From NCBI GenBank assembly GCA_039810365.1, contig JBDHWX010000001.1, positions 1 to 28,680 on the forward strand: 28,680 bases of DNA, written 5' to 3'. Positions within the stretch are counted from its first letter, which is position 1. Each line of letters starts with the position of its first letter. This document shows, piece after piece, positions 7,965 through 17,202 of this stretch. The notes below the pieces were generated by a model. That model was not told where the DNA came from. It did not search any database and saw only the letters and a program-made list of their open reading frames with translations. The DNA is from Bdellovibrionales bacterium. GTDB lineage: Bacteria; Bdellovibrionota; Bdellovibrionia; Bdellovibrionales; JAEYZS01. A program made the translations under genes and the position numbers.

Positions 7965-9707
7965 CTAATTTAATTGTGCAAGTTCTGTGCGAGTTTTCTC
8001 AACATTTTGTGAAATATTATCTTTTGTAACTCCATAGTAGTCTAGAGATTGAGCAATAACTTCCACTGCTGTTTCAAATTCTGAAACAACAGTGTGAATA
8101 TTCTTATCCGTATTCATATGGACAGCATTTCGTGCATAAAGCATTCTGAGAATAATTTTAACATCAGGACGAATCTTGCGAACAGCTATGATAATATTTT
8201 GAATTTGTTCAGGGAGCCCTGATGCAGTAATAACAATAAGCTTAGCGCTTTCGATATATGCTCTTTCAAGAATTTCTTGTGATGAGGCATCGCCAAATAA
8301 AATATTTTTCTCTTTTTTACGATATTTTTTAAATGAGTTGGGATTAAACTCGATGATCATATAGGGGATAGAAAGATTTTTTAAGTTTTTTGCAAGACTT
8401 TGCCCTGCAACACCGTAACCAACAATGATTGTATGGTCGATTTTGGGTTCTTTTTTTTCTGTTACAAGAGACGGCTTAGAAACTATAACGGGCAGTCTTT
8501 TGGGGAAAAAGGATGCAAAGCGATTGGAGGAACTTAATGAGGGACCGTATTTAAATAAAAGTGGTGTCACTATGAGTGATAAAATGGAAACGGCTATAAA
8601 GAATTGTAATTCTTGATCGCTAATAAGGTTTAGCTTAAGGGCCTCATTTGCAATAACAAATGAAAATTCTCCGACCTGACTTACTAAGAGTGCGCTTAAG
8701 AGTGCAACAGAATGAGTTAATTGATTAAGGCGGAGAGTCAGATAAACAACTGCTGTCTTAGTAAAGAGAACGAATAATCCGATAAAGATAAATCGTATCC
8801 AGTGATCAAAAATAAAACGAGTGTCAAGAAGCATGCCTATAGAAATAAAAAATAATCCTAAAAAGATATCACGAAAAGGAATGGAATCAGATACAACCTG
8901 TTTTCCGTAGGGAGATTCAGCTATCAGTAGGCCTGCAACAAAAGCTCCAAGAGAAATAGAAAGATGTAGGACTTCAAACAAATAGGCAGTGCTAAAACAA
9001 ATAAAAATAAGTGAAAAGAAAAACAGCTCACGGCTATTTGTTCTTACTATTTTATCAAAGATGATGGGGAGATATTTTTTTGCAAATATCAAGAGAACAG
9101 AAAGTATGAGAATAATTTTAGTCACCCAAATAACAAAAGATTTGAGATGAAACGGAGAGCTTTCAAGCCCCAGGGTATCTGTCCCAGATAATGGACTGAG
9201 TAGTGGCAGAATCATGAGCATAGGGATAACGAGAAGATCTTGAGAAAGAAGAATACTCATTGCAGAAGAGCCATGAAGGGTTTCGAGTTCACGATTTTCA
9301 GAAAGCAGTTTTAAAACGACAGCAGTGGAACTTAGTGAGAGCAAAAAACCCCAAACAAGACTTTCCGAGTTACCCTTTGCAAGAAAAGCCTTACAGAACA
9401 TAAAGACGGCAAGGATAGTGAGTAATACTTGGACGGCACCAATAAAGAAAAATGATTTTTTATATTGATTGAGCTTTTGAAAAGAAAACTCAAGTCCAAT
9501 TGTAAATAGCAAAAAGATCATTCCAATATCTGTAATAATTTGAGTTCCAGGAAGAGAGGAAACAAGTCCCAATCCATGGGGACCAATAATGACTCCGGCG
9601 CCAAGAAATCCTACAAGTGTTGGGATACGAAAAATATTGAATATTGTAACAATCACAACGGCAAGGCCTGCAATGACGAGGAGATCTTTGAAGTATTCGT
9701 GTAACAT
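7965..9707 (-). CDS. CPA2-family cation:proton antiporter with TrkA-N (KTN) domain (KefB/KefC-like)
   Basis: GFLGAGVIIGP, FLLFTIGLEFS, SLSSTAVVLK, QDLL, LGAFVAG, FFISIGM, SQVGEFSFV, IIVGYGVAG, FGDAS. Start moved to ATG 9707 to avoid overlapping trpS. Confidence 0.92.
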   Translation of the reverse strand: MLHEYFKDLLVIAGLAVVIVTIFNIFRIPTLVGFLGAGVIIGPHGLGLVSSLPGTQIITDIGMIFLLFTIGLEFSFQKLNQYKKSFFFIGAVQVLLTILAVFMFCKAFLAKGNSESLVWGFLLSLSSTAVVLKLLSENRELETLHGSSAMSILLSQDLLVIPMLMILPLLSPLSGTDTLGLESSPFHLKSFVIWVTKIILILSVLLIFAKKYLPIIFDKIVRTNSRELFFFSLIFICFSTAYLFEVLHLSISLGAFVAGLLIAESPYGKQVVSDSIPFRDIFLGLFFISIGMLLDTRFIFDHWIRFIFIGLFVLFTKTAVVYLTLRLNQLTHSVALLSALLVSQVGEFSFVIANEALKLNLISDQELQFFIAVSILSLIVTPLLFKYGPSLSSSNRFASFFPKRLPVIVSKPSLVTEKKEPKIDHTIIVGYGVAGQSLAKNLKNLSIPYMIIEFNPNSFKKYRKKEKNILFGDASSQEILERAYIESAKLIVITASGLPEQIQNIIIAVRKIRPDVKIILRMLYARNAVHMNTDKNIHTVVSEFETAVEVIAQSLDYYGVTKDNISQNVEKTRTELAQLN

Positions 9708-9777
9708 GTTTATATTATTAAAATAAATAAGGAATCCATCAAGGTCTTTTCTTGATTTATTTTGAAGAATCTGGATA

Positions 9778-10791
9778 ATGACGGGTATGCAAAAAATTGT
9801 GCTAACAGGAATCAAGCCTACAGGAAAAGTTCATATAGGAAATTATATCGGTGCTATACGCCCGGGTCTGAAAATGATTGAGGAAAACCCTTATCAATCA
9901 CTTTTTTTTATAGCAGATTATCATGCTCTCACCTCTACACCTGAAAAAGATGAACTTAGAGAGTTAACCTACGATGTTGCAGCAACATGGATAGCCTGTG
10001 GTCTTGATCCTAAAAAAAGTATTATTTATCGACAAAGTGATATTCCTGAGATTTTTGAGATCATGTGGATACTTTCTTGTTTTAGTCCCAAGGGACTTAT
10101 GAATCGCGCCCATGCTTATAAGGCTCGTGTTCAGTCCAACGAAACACAAGGGAAAATGGATTTCGATGCTGGAATCAATGTGGGACTTTTTCTTTATCCT
10201 GTTTTGATGGCAAGTGATATTCTAACCTTTGATACTGATATTGTTCCTGTTGGAGAAGATCAAATTCAGCATATCGAGATAGCACGAGATATTGCGGGAA
10301 AGGTGAACCATCATTGTCGATCACAAATTCTAAAGATTCCGGAGTTTTCTGTTCAAAAAGAAACAAAAATTGTCCCAGGTCTTGATGGTCAAAAAATGAG
10401 TAAAAGTTATGACAACACGGTCCCACTTTTTTGTGATTCAAAGAAACTAAGAAAACTATTAATGAAGATTAAAACAGATTCTTTGCCTCCCGAGGCTCCC
10501 AAAGAAACAAAAGACTCTGTGATATTTCAACTCTACAAAGAATTTGCAACGTCAGAAGAAGTTGCAGACCTTGCACAAAAGTATCAAAGTGGAATTGGTT
10601 GGGGAGAAGCCAAGCAAATTCTTTATGAGGCCATAGACAAACACATAAGCCCTATGCGCAAAGAGTATGAAGGTCTCATCCATGATAAGCAGGAATTGGA
10701 TAAAATTTTAAACGACGGCGCGGCAAGGGCAAGAGAATCGGCAAAAATTGTTCTCAAGAGACTGAGGTCAGCCCTTGGTCTAGCTATCTAA
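9778..10791 (+). CDS. trpS: Tryptophan--tRNA ligase
   Basis: TGIKPTGKVHIGNY (HIGH), IADYHALT, YPVLMASDIL, VPVGEDQIQH, GQKMSKS. Start may be ATG 9787. Confidence 0.97.
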   Translation: MTGMQKIVLTGIKPTGKVHIGNYIGAIRPGLKMIEENPYQSLFFIADYHALTSTPEKDELRELTYDVAATWIACGLDPKKSIIYRQSDIPEIFEIMWILSCFSPKGLMNRAHAYKARVQSNETQGKMDFDAGINVGLFLYPVLMASDILTFDTDIVPVGEDQIQHIEIARDIAGKVNHHCRSQILKIPEFSVQKETKIVPGLDGQKMSKSYDNTVPLFCDSKKLRKLLMKIKTDSLPPEAPKETKDSVIFQLYKEFATSEEVADLAQKYQSGIGWGEAKQILYEAIDKHISPMRKEYEGLIHDKQELDKILNDGAARARESAKIVLKRLRSALGLAI

Positions 10792-10872
10792 TTTAATCCC
10801 TATAATAGAAGATTAAAATTCAAAGCAAGTAAGACAAACGTCTAGTTTTAGTTAGACCTTGTTCCTAAGTTT

Positions 10873-10899
10873 TAAGTCTAGGTAAGGAAACTCCGAATA
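10873..10899 (+). promoter_or_regulatory. Possible sigma-28-like promoter
   Basis: TAAG-N15-TCCGAATA, about 50 nt upstream of ATG 10951; imperfect match to TAAA-N15-GCCGATAA. Confidence 0.4.
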
Positions 10900-10950
10900 T
10901 TTTTTATACCAACCTTGGTATTGGAGGCTGGTAAGAAATTTGGAGTTTTC

Positions 10951-12831
10951 ATGATAAAGAACGTATTCATATTTTTATCATTTCTCACCCTAGTATCTTG
11001 TGGTTCGCAATCGGAAAACGAGACAATCAATACGACCAAGAAATTTTCTGAAGTGACAGCATTTAATCCACAAACAGGACAGCCTCTTACCATTGATGAT
11101 CTATCAACGGATCTTTTTACAAATGATATGGACGGAGAAGGTGGCGCAATTTTGGAAAATTTTGAACAGACAAATGGTATTAGTGAAACAGGCGAGGTTT
11201 TAAAAAGGGCTCAAGATTCTCTCCTGTTTGGATGGACTCCAACGGGAGAATATAACTCATACATATCACCACAATGTCATTACGAAAAATTAAATAGGAT
11301 TATTGCGAGCGAAACCGGAGGAGCACAGGGGCTGGCGAGAAGTGTTCAGTCTTGGCAACAACAGTGCGAAGAGCAACTTTCTAGGGGGCACACTAATAAT
11401 ATAGGTATTTTATTGCAATTTGATAATGTCAATTATGATCTAGTCCGTAATGATATTAAAAAGCTTCAATTTGAATTTGATAATAATGAAGTTGTAAAAG
11501 GTCTTTTAGCTTTAAAACCAGGAAAGCGTCCTCTTGTTATTTTTCAAACAGGGGTTTTTGATGACGCCAAAGATGGAGGGGTTGTTCGTAATTATTTTAT
11601 GAACTTATATGATGAAACGCCCTTTAGTGTTTTGGTCTTGGGAAGTAATACGGGAGTGGAATACGTTAAGACAAATCACAATCTCACAATGGGCGGTTTT
11701 GATGAAGGAAGACAAATTGTTAAAATTGCTCAAATGTTATCAGAAGATCCTCTTTATAAAGACAGAATTGAGGATATTCACGTTGTTGGCGTAAGCCTTG
11801 GTAGCAATAGTGCTCTGTTTTCGAGCCTCTATAATTCCTACGAACCAGAAGGTTTATCGAAAATAAAAAGTGTTCTGGCGTTTTGCCCTGTGGTCAATCT
11901 TAAACCGACCATGGAAAGTGTTTATAAGAATACACCACGTGGAATTTTTTATGGGATTTTAACAAATCAAGTTTTACAAAAAGTATATAATGATGTGCCA
12001 GGGCTTTCTCAGCTCTTAAGGCCAAGTTTATTTTGGACCAACCAAGAGATATTTCCTGCTATTACAAATCTTGCAGTAAGGTCTTATAATCAAAAAACAA
12101 GGGATATTCCATGGGGGATGGCACCATTTCAAAATACACAGATATCTAATATTGATGGTGTATGGGATTTTAATAATTTTATCTCTTATGCAGAACAAGT
12201 GACAACGCCGACACTGGTTGTTTATGCCAAGGATGATCCTTTAGTTAAGCCAAGTTTTAATTCTATTGATCTGTCTCAGAGTTTAAGCGGTTGGAATTCA
12301 AATATTGGGGTTTTATCCTTTGATAATGGAAGTCATTGCGCATTTAACTTAGGTGAAAGTTGGCCTACGGTTTCCAACCTGATCCGCAATTATATTCTTA
12401 AGAATTCCTCTTATCAAAGTACATCATTGCAAGATGTGGTTTTAGAACCTGATATTCCTCAAAAGAGTCTTAGGGAAAGACAAAAAATTACAAAATATGT
12501 TTTTTCTGTCAAAGCCAAACAAGAAGCTATCAACGTAAAAGTGAGTGTCTTTGATGGGGATTCCATTGCCGTAGGCAACAGCCGCTGTCGTATTTATGAC
12601 AATTACAATGGACCTGAGAGCTGTTATCAGAGTTATAGTTATAGTTTTGATATTCAGAAATTTTCTACTGTTGGCGTAAACACTCCTCAAAATGACTTCG
12701 AGGCTCAAAGGCTGGGGCGATGGCTCAACACAAGAGCAAGCCTTGTGGATCAAGATGGAAGTCTTGTCTTGGGGGGAAGCAGATGGCCTGCTGGTATAAA
12801 GTTTCACGGTCAATTTGATCACTCACCATAG
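10951..12831 (+). CDS. Lipoprotein alpha/beta-hydrolase (Ser-Asp-His) with extra C-terminal domain
   Basis: GGAG RBS; lipobox LTLVS-C; GVSLG nucleophile elbow; AKDDP; GSHC. Confidence 0.82.
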   Translation: MIKNVFIFLSFLTLVSCGSQSENETINTTKKFSEVTAFNPQTGQPLTIDDLSTDLFTNDMDGEGGAILENFEQTNGISETGEVLKRAQDSLLFGWTPTGEYNSYISPQCHYEKLNRIIASETGGAQGLARSVQSWQQQCEEQLSRGHTNNIGILLQFDNVNYDLVRNDIKKLQFEFDNNEVVKGLLALKPGKRPLVIFQTGVFDDAKDGGVVRNYFMNLYDETPFSVLVLGSNTGVEYVKTNHNLTMGGFDEGRQIVKIAQMLSEDPLYKDRIEDIHVVGVSLGSNSALFSSLYNSYEPEGLSKIKSVLAFCPVVNLKPTMESVYKNTPRGIFYGILTNQVLQKVYNDVPGLSQLLRPSLFWTNQEIFPAITNLAVRSYNQKTRDIPWGMAPFQNTQISNIDGVWDFNNFISYAEQVTTPTLVVYAKDDPLVKPSFNSIDLSQSLSGWNSNIGVLSFDNGSHCAFNLGESWPTVSNLIRNYILKNSSYQSTSLQDVVLEPDIPQKSLRERQKITKYVFSVKAKQEAINVKVSVFDGDSIAVGNSRCRIYDNYNGPESCYQSYSYSFDIQKFSTVGVNTPQNDFEAQRLGRWLNTRASLVDQDGSLVLGGSRWPAGIKFHGQFDHSP

Positions 12832-12913
12832 AACAGCAGAAAGTTGTGAAGTATTTTTTGTTAAAAATATTTCACAATTAAATTATCTGTTTATTTATTG
12901 ATATTTATAACAG

Positions 12914-15496
12914 ATGATATCTGTATATATGTCGAATAGTTTTAAAGCAAAAGTCTTAAGTTCTATTAAAAATGTTGATAGTCACATTCAAAACTTTGTA
13001 GATAAAACATTTCCTCAAAACTTAACACTCCGTTATATCATTGGGCTTGCGATTATTGGGCTTTTGTCAATTTGTGGGCACATACTGATTCAATACTCAC
13101 TTGTTAAACTAGAATCGGATGAAAAGATCATACGCCTTATCGATAATCAAAGTGATGACTCTGAACGTTTTTACAGAGAGGTGCTTCACATACAAACAAT
13201 TTCTAGGGAGTCTGATTTTTATCGACAGATAGAAGTTTTAAAAAAAGATAGCGCAGAAGTTGTGAATCAACATAGAGAGATTATTGAGCGTATTAACACA
13301 ACCTATTGGTTTCTCAATAGGCTCCCACAAGATATTGTACAATTAAACTATCAATTAATAGAAGCCTTTGAAAGACTGGATGATGCTTTTGGAAGACTGA
13401 GTGATGTTCACTATTTTTCAGATCCACAAATGTACGTTGATGACCGTCTTATATTATCATTTCTAAGAAGAGAAGAGCGCTATCGGCAAGTTCTTGATAA
13501 GTTAACAAAAAGGTATGAGCAAAATACAAGCCAGGCCATTGTTTATTTTAATAGATTAGAGATTACATTTCTGTTCATGACAATTTTGGTTTTGCTTTTA
13601 GAGGGGCTTTATATTTTTAGACCGGCAGTTAGAAGGGTTTATGCTTCTTTAAGGCTAAGAACCGATTTCTTAAGTAAAATGAGTCACGAGATCAGAAACC
13701 CTATGAATTCTATCATAGGTATGACCCAGCTCCTGGGTAAAACAAAGTTGAATCAGCAACAAAAAAGCTATGTGCGAATTTTAGAGAATTCGGGTTTGGG
13801 TTTGTTGGAGATGCTAAACGATCTTCTTGATTTTTCAGAATTAGAATCAGGAAAATTAAAAATTAGAAATACCCAAGCGGATCTTTATGCGATTGTAGAA
13901 AAGGCAATAGATCTTGTGACGATTCGAATACAAGAAAAGGATCTTGAATTTATACTTGATGTGAATGCTGATGTTCCTCTTGTAGTCGAAACAGATCCGA
14001 TACGGGTTCAACAAGTTTTAGTGAATTTATTATCAAACGCAGCAAAATTTACTGAAAAAGGTTACATCAAACTTTCTGTGCAAAAAAGAGAGTTAAATCA
14101 TTTATCCTATATTCAGTTTTCTGTCACAGATACTGGGGTGGGAATAGAGACGTCCAAAATCGAATCTATATTTGAAAGTTTTGTTCAAGAAAACTCATCT
14201 GTAAAAAGAAAATACGGTGGAACAGGACTTGGTCTTACTATCGCTCGGGAGATTGCGAGTCGTTTAAAGGGCAAAATTGAAGTTCAAACTCAGAAGGGGG
14301 CAGGGAGCACCTTTCGATTCTTGATTCCGAGCACTTTATCAGATCAGCCTAAGACTTTATTGGACTATGTTCCAATTCGTCTTGAAAGAGCAAAATATTT
14401 ACTCGTTGATCAGCATGAAGAGGCTAGAAATTCACTTAAAAAACTTATTGAAACACAACCCATCGAGTGTACGGCCCTTGGAGAGCCAGAACATTTTCAA
14501 GAAGTCATTCAACTTATTAAAGTTAAGGACTTTGAAAAGATTATTCTCGATGCCAAGACTTTTGGACCAAAGCTCGAAGATTTTCTGATATATTTAAGAC
14601 AGGCACATATTGATCTAAGAAAAGTTTGTATTTTATTTAGTTATATACACGCAAATTATTTATTTTCATTGCTGAATAACTATGGTGTGCGTTTCTTTTT
14701 TCAAAAGCCAGTTAAACCCATTGAGTTCTTAAATTATTTAAGTGGCCATCTTCAAGATTCAGAATGGGATCAAAAAGAAAACAAAGAATATGTCCTGACC
14801 TCAACGCAGCGATATAAAATCCTTGTAGCAGAGGATTCAGCGGATAATAGACTTTTGCTTAAGTTGTTTTTAGAAAAATTTCCTGTGGATACGTATTTTG
14901 CAGAAAATGGCAAAATCGCAGTCGAGCTTTTCAAACAGCAAAAATTTGATGTCATATTTATGGATATTCAAATGCCAGAAATGGATGGTATTACGGCAGC
15001 ACAGATCATACGTAATACAGAAAAAGAAGAGAACCTGCAAACCATACCCGTACTTGCTTTTACGGCTCATAAACCGGAAGAGATCTTTATTGATGGTAGA
15101 AATGATTTATTTACTGATTTTGTTTTAAAGCCCATTACAATTGACAAACTTAGGCAAAAATTAACGCAATATCTTAAATTTGAGGAAGTTGAACTTGCAG
15201 TAACGCCAAAAAAAGATCCCATGGACGTCACAGATCTCATACCAGCCTATCTCGAACGTCGGAGCCAAGAGATTATTCAAATGAATGATCTCTTAGAAAA
15301 AAATGATTATCGAATGTTAAAAAGAATCGGGCATCAGCTTAAGGGATCTGCAAAAAGCTATGGATTTGAAGATCTTGGAAATTTAGGTAGTGAGCTCGAA
15401 AAGGCCTCAGAAGAAGGTAAGTTTGATTTGGTGAGATCTGTTGTTGATAAGATATCTCAAAAAGTAATAGAGTATAAAAGAAGTCCCATAAATTGA
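12914..15496 (+). CDS. Hybrid sensor histidine kinase (2 TM, periplasmic 4-helix sensor, HisKA, HATPase, 2 REC, HPt)
   Basis: FLSKMSHEIRNPMNSIIG, NLLSNAAKFT, DTGVGI, GGTGLGL, GAGSTF; REC2 ILVAEDS..FMDIQMPEMDG..KP; HPt IGHQLKGSA. Start may be 12929. Confidence 0.96.
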   Translation: MISVYMSNSFKAKVLSSIKNVDSHIQNFVDKTFPQNLTLRYIIGLAIIGLLSICGHILIQYSLVKLESDEKIIRLIDNQSDDSERFYREVLHIQTISRESDFYRQIEVLKKDSAEVVNQHREIIERINTTYWFLNRLPQDIVQLNYQLIEAFERLDDAFGRLSDVHYFSDPQMYVDDRLILSFLRREERYRQVLDKLTKRYEQNTSQAIVYFNRLEITFLFMTILVLLLEGLYIFRPAVRRVYASLRLRTDFLSKMSHEIRNPMNSIIGMTQLLGKTKLNQQQKSYVRILENSGLGLLEMLNDLLDFSELESGKLKIRNTQADLYAIVEKAIDLVTIRIQEKDLEFILDVNADVPLVVETDPIRVQQVLVNLLSNAAKFTEKGYIKLSVQKRELNHLSYIQFSVTDTGVGIETSKIESIFESFVQENSSVKRKYGGTGLGLTIAREIASRLKGKIEVQTQKGAGSTFRFLIPSTLSDQPKTLLDYVPIRLERAKYLLVDQHEEARNSLKKLIETQPIECTALGEPEHFQEVIQLIKVKDFEKIILDAKTFGPKLEDFLIYLRQAHIDLRKVCILFSYIHANYLFSLLNNYGVRFFFQKPVKPIEFLNYLSGHLQDSEWDQKENKEYVLTSTQRYKILVAEDSADNRLLLKLFLEKFPVDTYFAENGKIAVELFKQQKFDVIFMDIQMPEMDGITAAQIIRNTEKEENLQTIPVLAFTAHKPEEIFIDGRNDLFTDFVLKPITIDKLRQKLTQYLKFEEVELAVTPKKDPMDVTDLIPAYLERRSQEIIQMNDLLEKNDYRMLKRIGHQLKGSAKSYGFEDLGNLGSELEKASEEGKFDLVRSVVDKISQKVIEYKRSPIN

Positions 15497-15664
15497 TTTA
15501 TTATGTGAACTATTTTTTTGTCTCTGATTGAGAAAATTATGTTAAGAATTCTTAACTTTTACGTCTGAGATATTCTATTACCAACACATTTCATTTTTAT
15601 AGAGGATCACCGTTATAAATTATGTCATCCTGTCGATAGGTGGTAGGAATAAAAGGAGGCGGGT

Positions 15665-16129
15665 ATGGAAGCAACACAAACAACAATCAAGTCAGATAAG
15701 GCATTTCGACAAGCGCTGGAAAGTTATTTAAATGTTCAGGAGTATAGGCCAAAAATTTTAATAGTCGAAGATGATTTGGACATGGTGGATTTGTTAGAAA
15801 AGATTTTGTTGTCTATCAACCCAAGTGCTGAGGTGAGTTGGTCTTCGAGTGCAGAGGAGGCCTATTTTAGACTTTGCAGCCAAAAGATAAACAACTGGGA
15901 TAGTCCATATGATCTTATTATTGCCGATGTTTTTTTAGATGGAGAGGAGACGGGTTTGGATTTATATAGAAAAAGTTTGGGATTATATCCGGGCATTCCA
16001 TTTATTGCGACGTCAAGTACATCCATAGAAAAGTTTTATACAAAATATGGGTTTAATAAAATTCCAATATTCTTATCTAAACCTATTCAATATTCTGAGT
16101 GGAAACAGGTCTTAAAAGATCTCATTTAA
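15665..16129 (+). CDS. Single-domain response regulator receiver
   Basis: AAAAGGAGG RBS; ILIVEDD, DLIIADVFL, FIATSS, FLSKP; no output domain. Confidence 0.9.
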   Translation: MEATQTTIKSDKAFRQALESYLNVQEYRPKILIVEDDLDMVDLLEKILLSINPSAEVSWSSSAEEAYFRLCSQKINNWDSPYDLIIADVFLDGEETGLDLYRKSLGLYPGIPFIATSSTSIEKFYTKYGFNKIPIFLSKPIQYSEWKQVLKDLI

Positions 16130-16151
16130 TCTCGGATATTACGAAATAGGT

Positions 16152-16180
16152 AAAAGGGAGGGGGATTCCCTCCCTTTTTT
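16152..16180. terminator. Bidirectional intrinsic terminator
   Basis: AAAAGGGAGGG-GGATT-CCCTCCCTTTTTT between convergent genes, with A/T tracts on both sides. Confidence 0.88.
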
Positions 16181-16823
16181 ATCCTTTAAACTGCATGGAT
16201 AAACTTTTAAGAGGTTGGTTAAACTTATCTGGGATTTTGATAAGACTGCCTTCTTGAAGAATGACATGAATATCAAGATTTGCAGCCCTTCTTAAAAGTT
16301 GTTCTTCATCGCGAATTGGGAGCCACTCATACAAGAAATAATACACTGGCTGCCATAATGAAACCCAAACAAGAAGCTCAAGGCCTTCTCGAATGTAGGT
16401 TGAAGAAAAACTTTCCTTATGTAATTTTTCATCTAAGTAAACAAATGCCAAGAGGAAGGAGAGGCCAATTAACAAGGCTCTCAAGGCAATGTAGAGGTGA
16501 TTTCTTCTTTCCTTTGATTTCATTTCTGCCTCGTAATCAAAATAATTACGAATTGCTTCTGTAATACTAGAAGGGCTTTGTAGGGAATATTGCCCGCCTG
16601 TCAGATAAACCCTCAACTGTGTGGGCTGATCATCGGGTAGTTCTTGAAGGGAGGTTAAGATATATCGAGCAGCATCTTCATCAAGATCTTTTTCTCGATA
16701 AGGTGCTGGATCTCGACCATCAAAAAGATGATCAGGAGTTTTAATACTCATTTCGATGATGCTTTTACCTTCAATTTTTTTGTATCTTTTTGATACTTTT
16801 CTTGGTTTTTTAGAGTTAACCAT
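16179..16823 (-). CDS. Conserved hypothetical membrane protein (LFD..DPAPYREKDLD.DA motif, two C-terminal TM helices)
   Basis: ATG 16823 with GGAG 8 nt upstream; motif recalled as widespread among unannotated proteins; no function known to me. Confidence 0.75.
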   Translation of the reverse strand: MVNSKKPRKVSKRYKKIEGKSIIEMSIKTPDHLFDGRDPAPYREKDLDEDAARYILTSLQELPDDQPTQLRVYLTGGQYSLQSPSSITEAIRNYFDYEAEMKSKERRNHLYIALRALLIGLSFLLAFVYLDEKLHKESFSSTYIREGLELLVWVSLWQPVYYFLYEWLPIRDEEQLLRRAANLDIHVILQEGSLIKIPDKFNQPLKSLSMQFKG

Positions 16824-17202
16824 AGGACACACTCCACGCTATAGATTATAACAATACAACGATCCTTGCTAGTTTAGCCGTTGCACACGATTCGAATTTG
16901 CTAGAATTGACTGAATTGAAGTGCGGCCGCTAACCGCAAGAATAGATCTTATATTTTAGTAGAGAGAGTTTCATAAACACACCCCAGACGACATCTACAG
17001 GATATCACAAATGAATATGGTTTGTGAAGTCTGGTCTCGTCTTGAGATTTGTTGCCAACGTATTTTATTTGTTTTTAAATTTAAAATAACAAAATAAATT
17101 TTTATTTAAAAACAAATCTATAAATCAAAGAGAAAGATTTAATAACTAAAATAAGAATACTAAAATCTCATAAAGTCACAATAAAATTTTGTATTTTTCG
17201 TT

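Noticed and set aside
9708-9815. N-terminal extension of the antiporter overlapping trpS
   Set aside because: ATG 9707 gives a normal CPA2 N-terminus and leaves room for divergent promoters.
12442-12822. 126-aa minus-strand ORF (also 26602-26907, 1771-2079, 16280-16564, 20026-20316 and other short ORFs)
   Set aside because: Lie wholly within well-supported genes in another frame or strand; no motifs.
15613-15639. Sigma-28-like GTCGATAG upstream of the receiver gene
   Set aside because: The nearest TAAA is 12 nt away rather than about 15; too weak to call.
16880-16905. TTCGAAT resembling a tRNA T-loop
   Set aside because: No T-stem, acceptor stem or cloverleaf on either strand.
16930-16974. 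Minus-strand mini-ORF MKLSLLKYKIYSCG*
   Set aside because: 14 aa with a charged core; read-through frames give nothing recognisable.
16995-17055. Purine-riboswitch-like AATATGG loop in a 7-bp stem
   Set aside because: No GTTTCTAC junction or CCGTAAA loop, the loop is 9 nt, and there is no downstream plus-strand gene.
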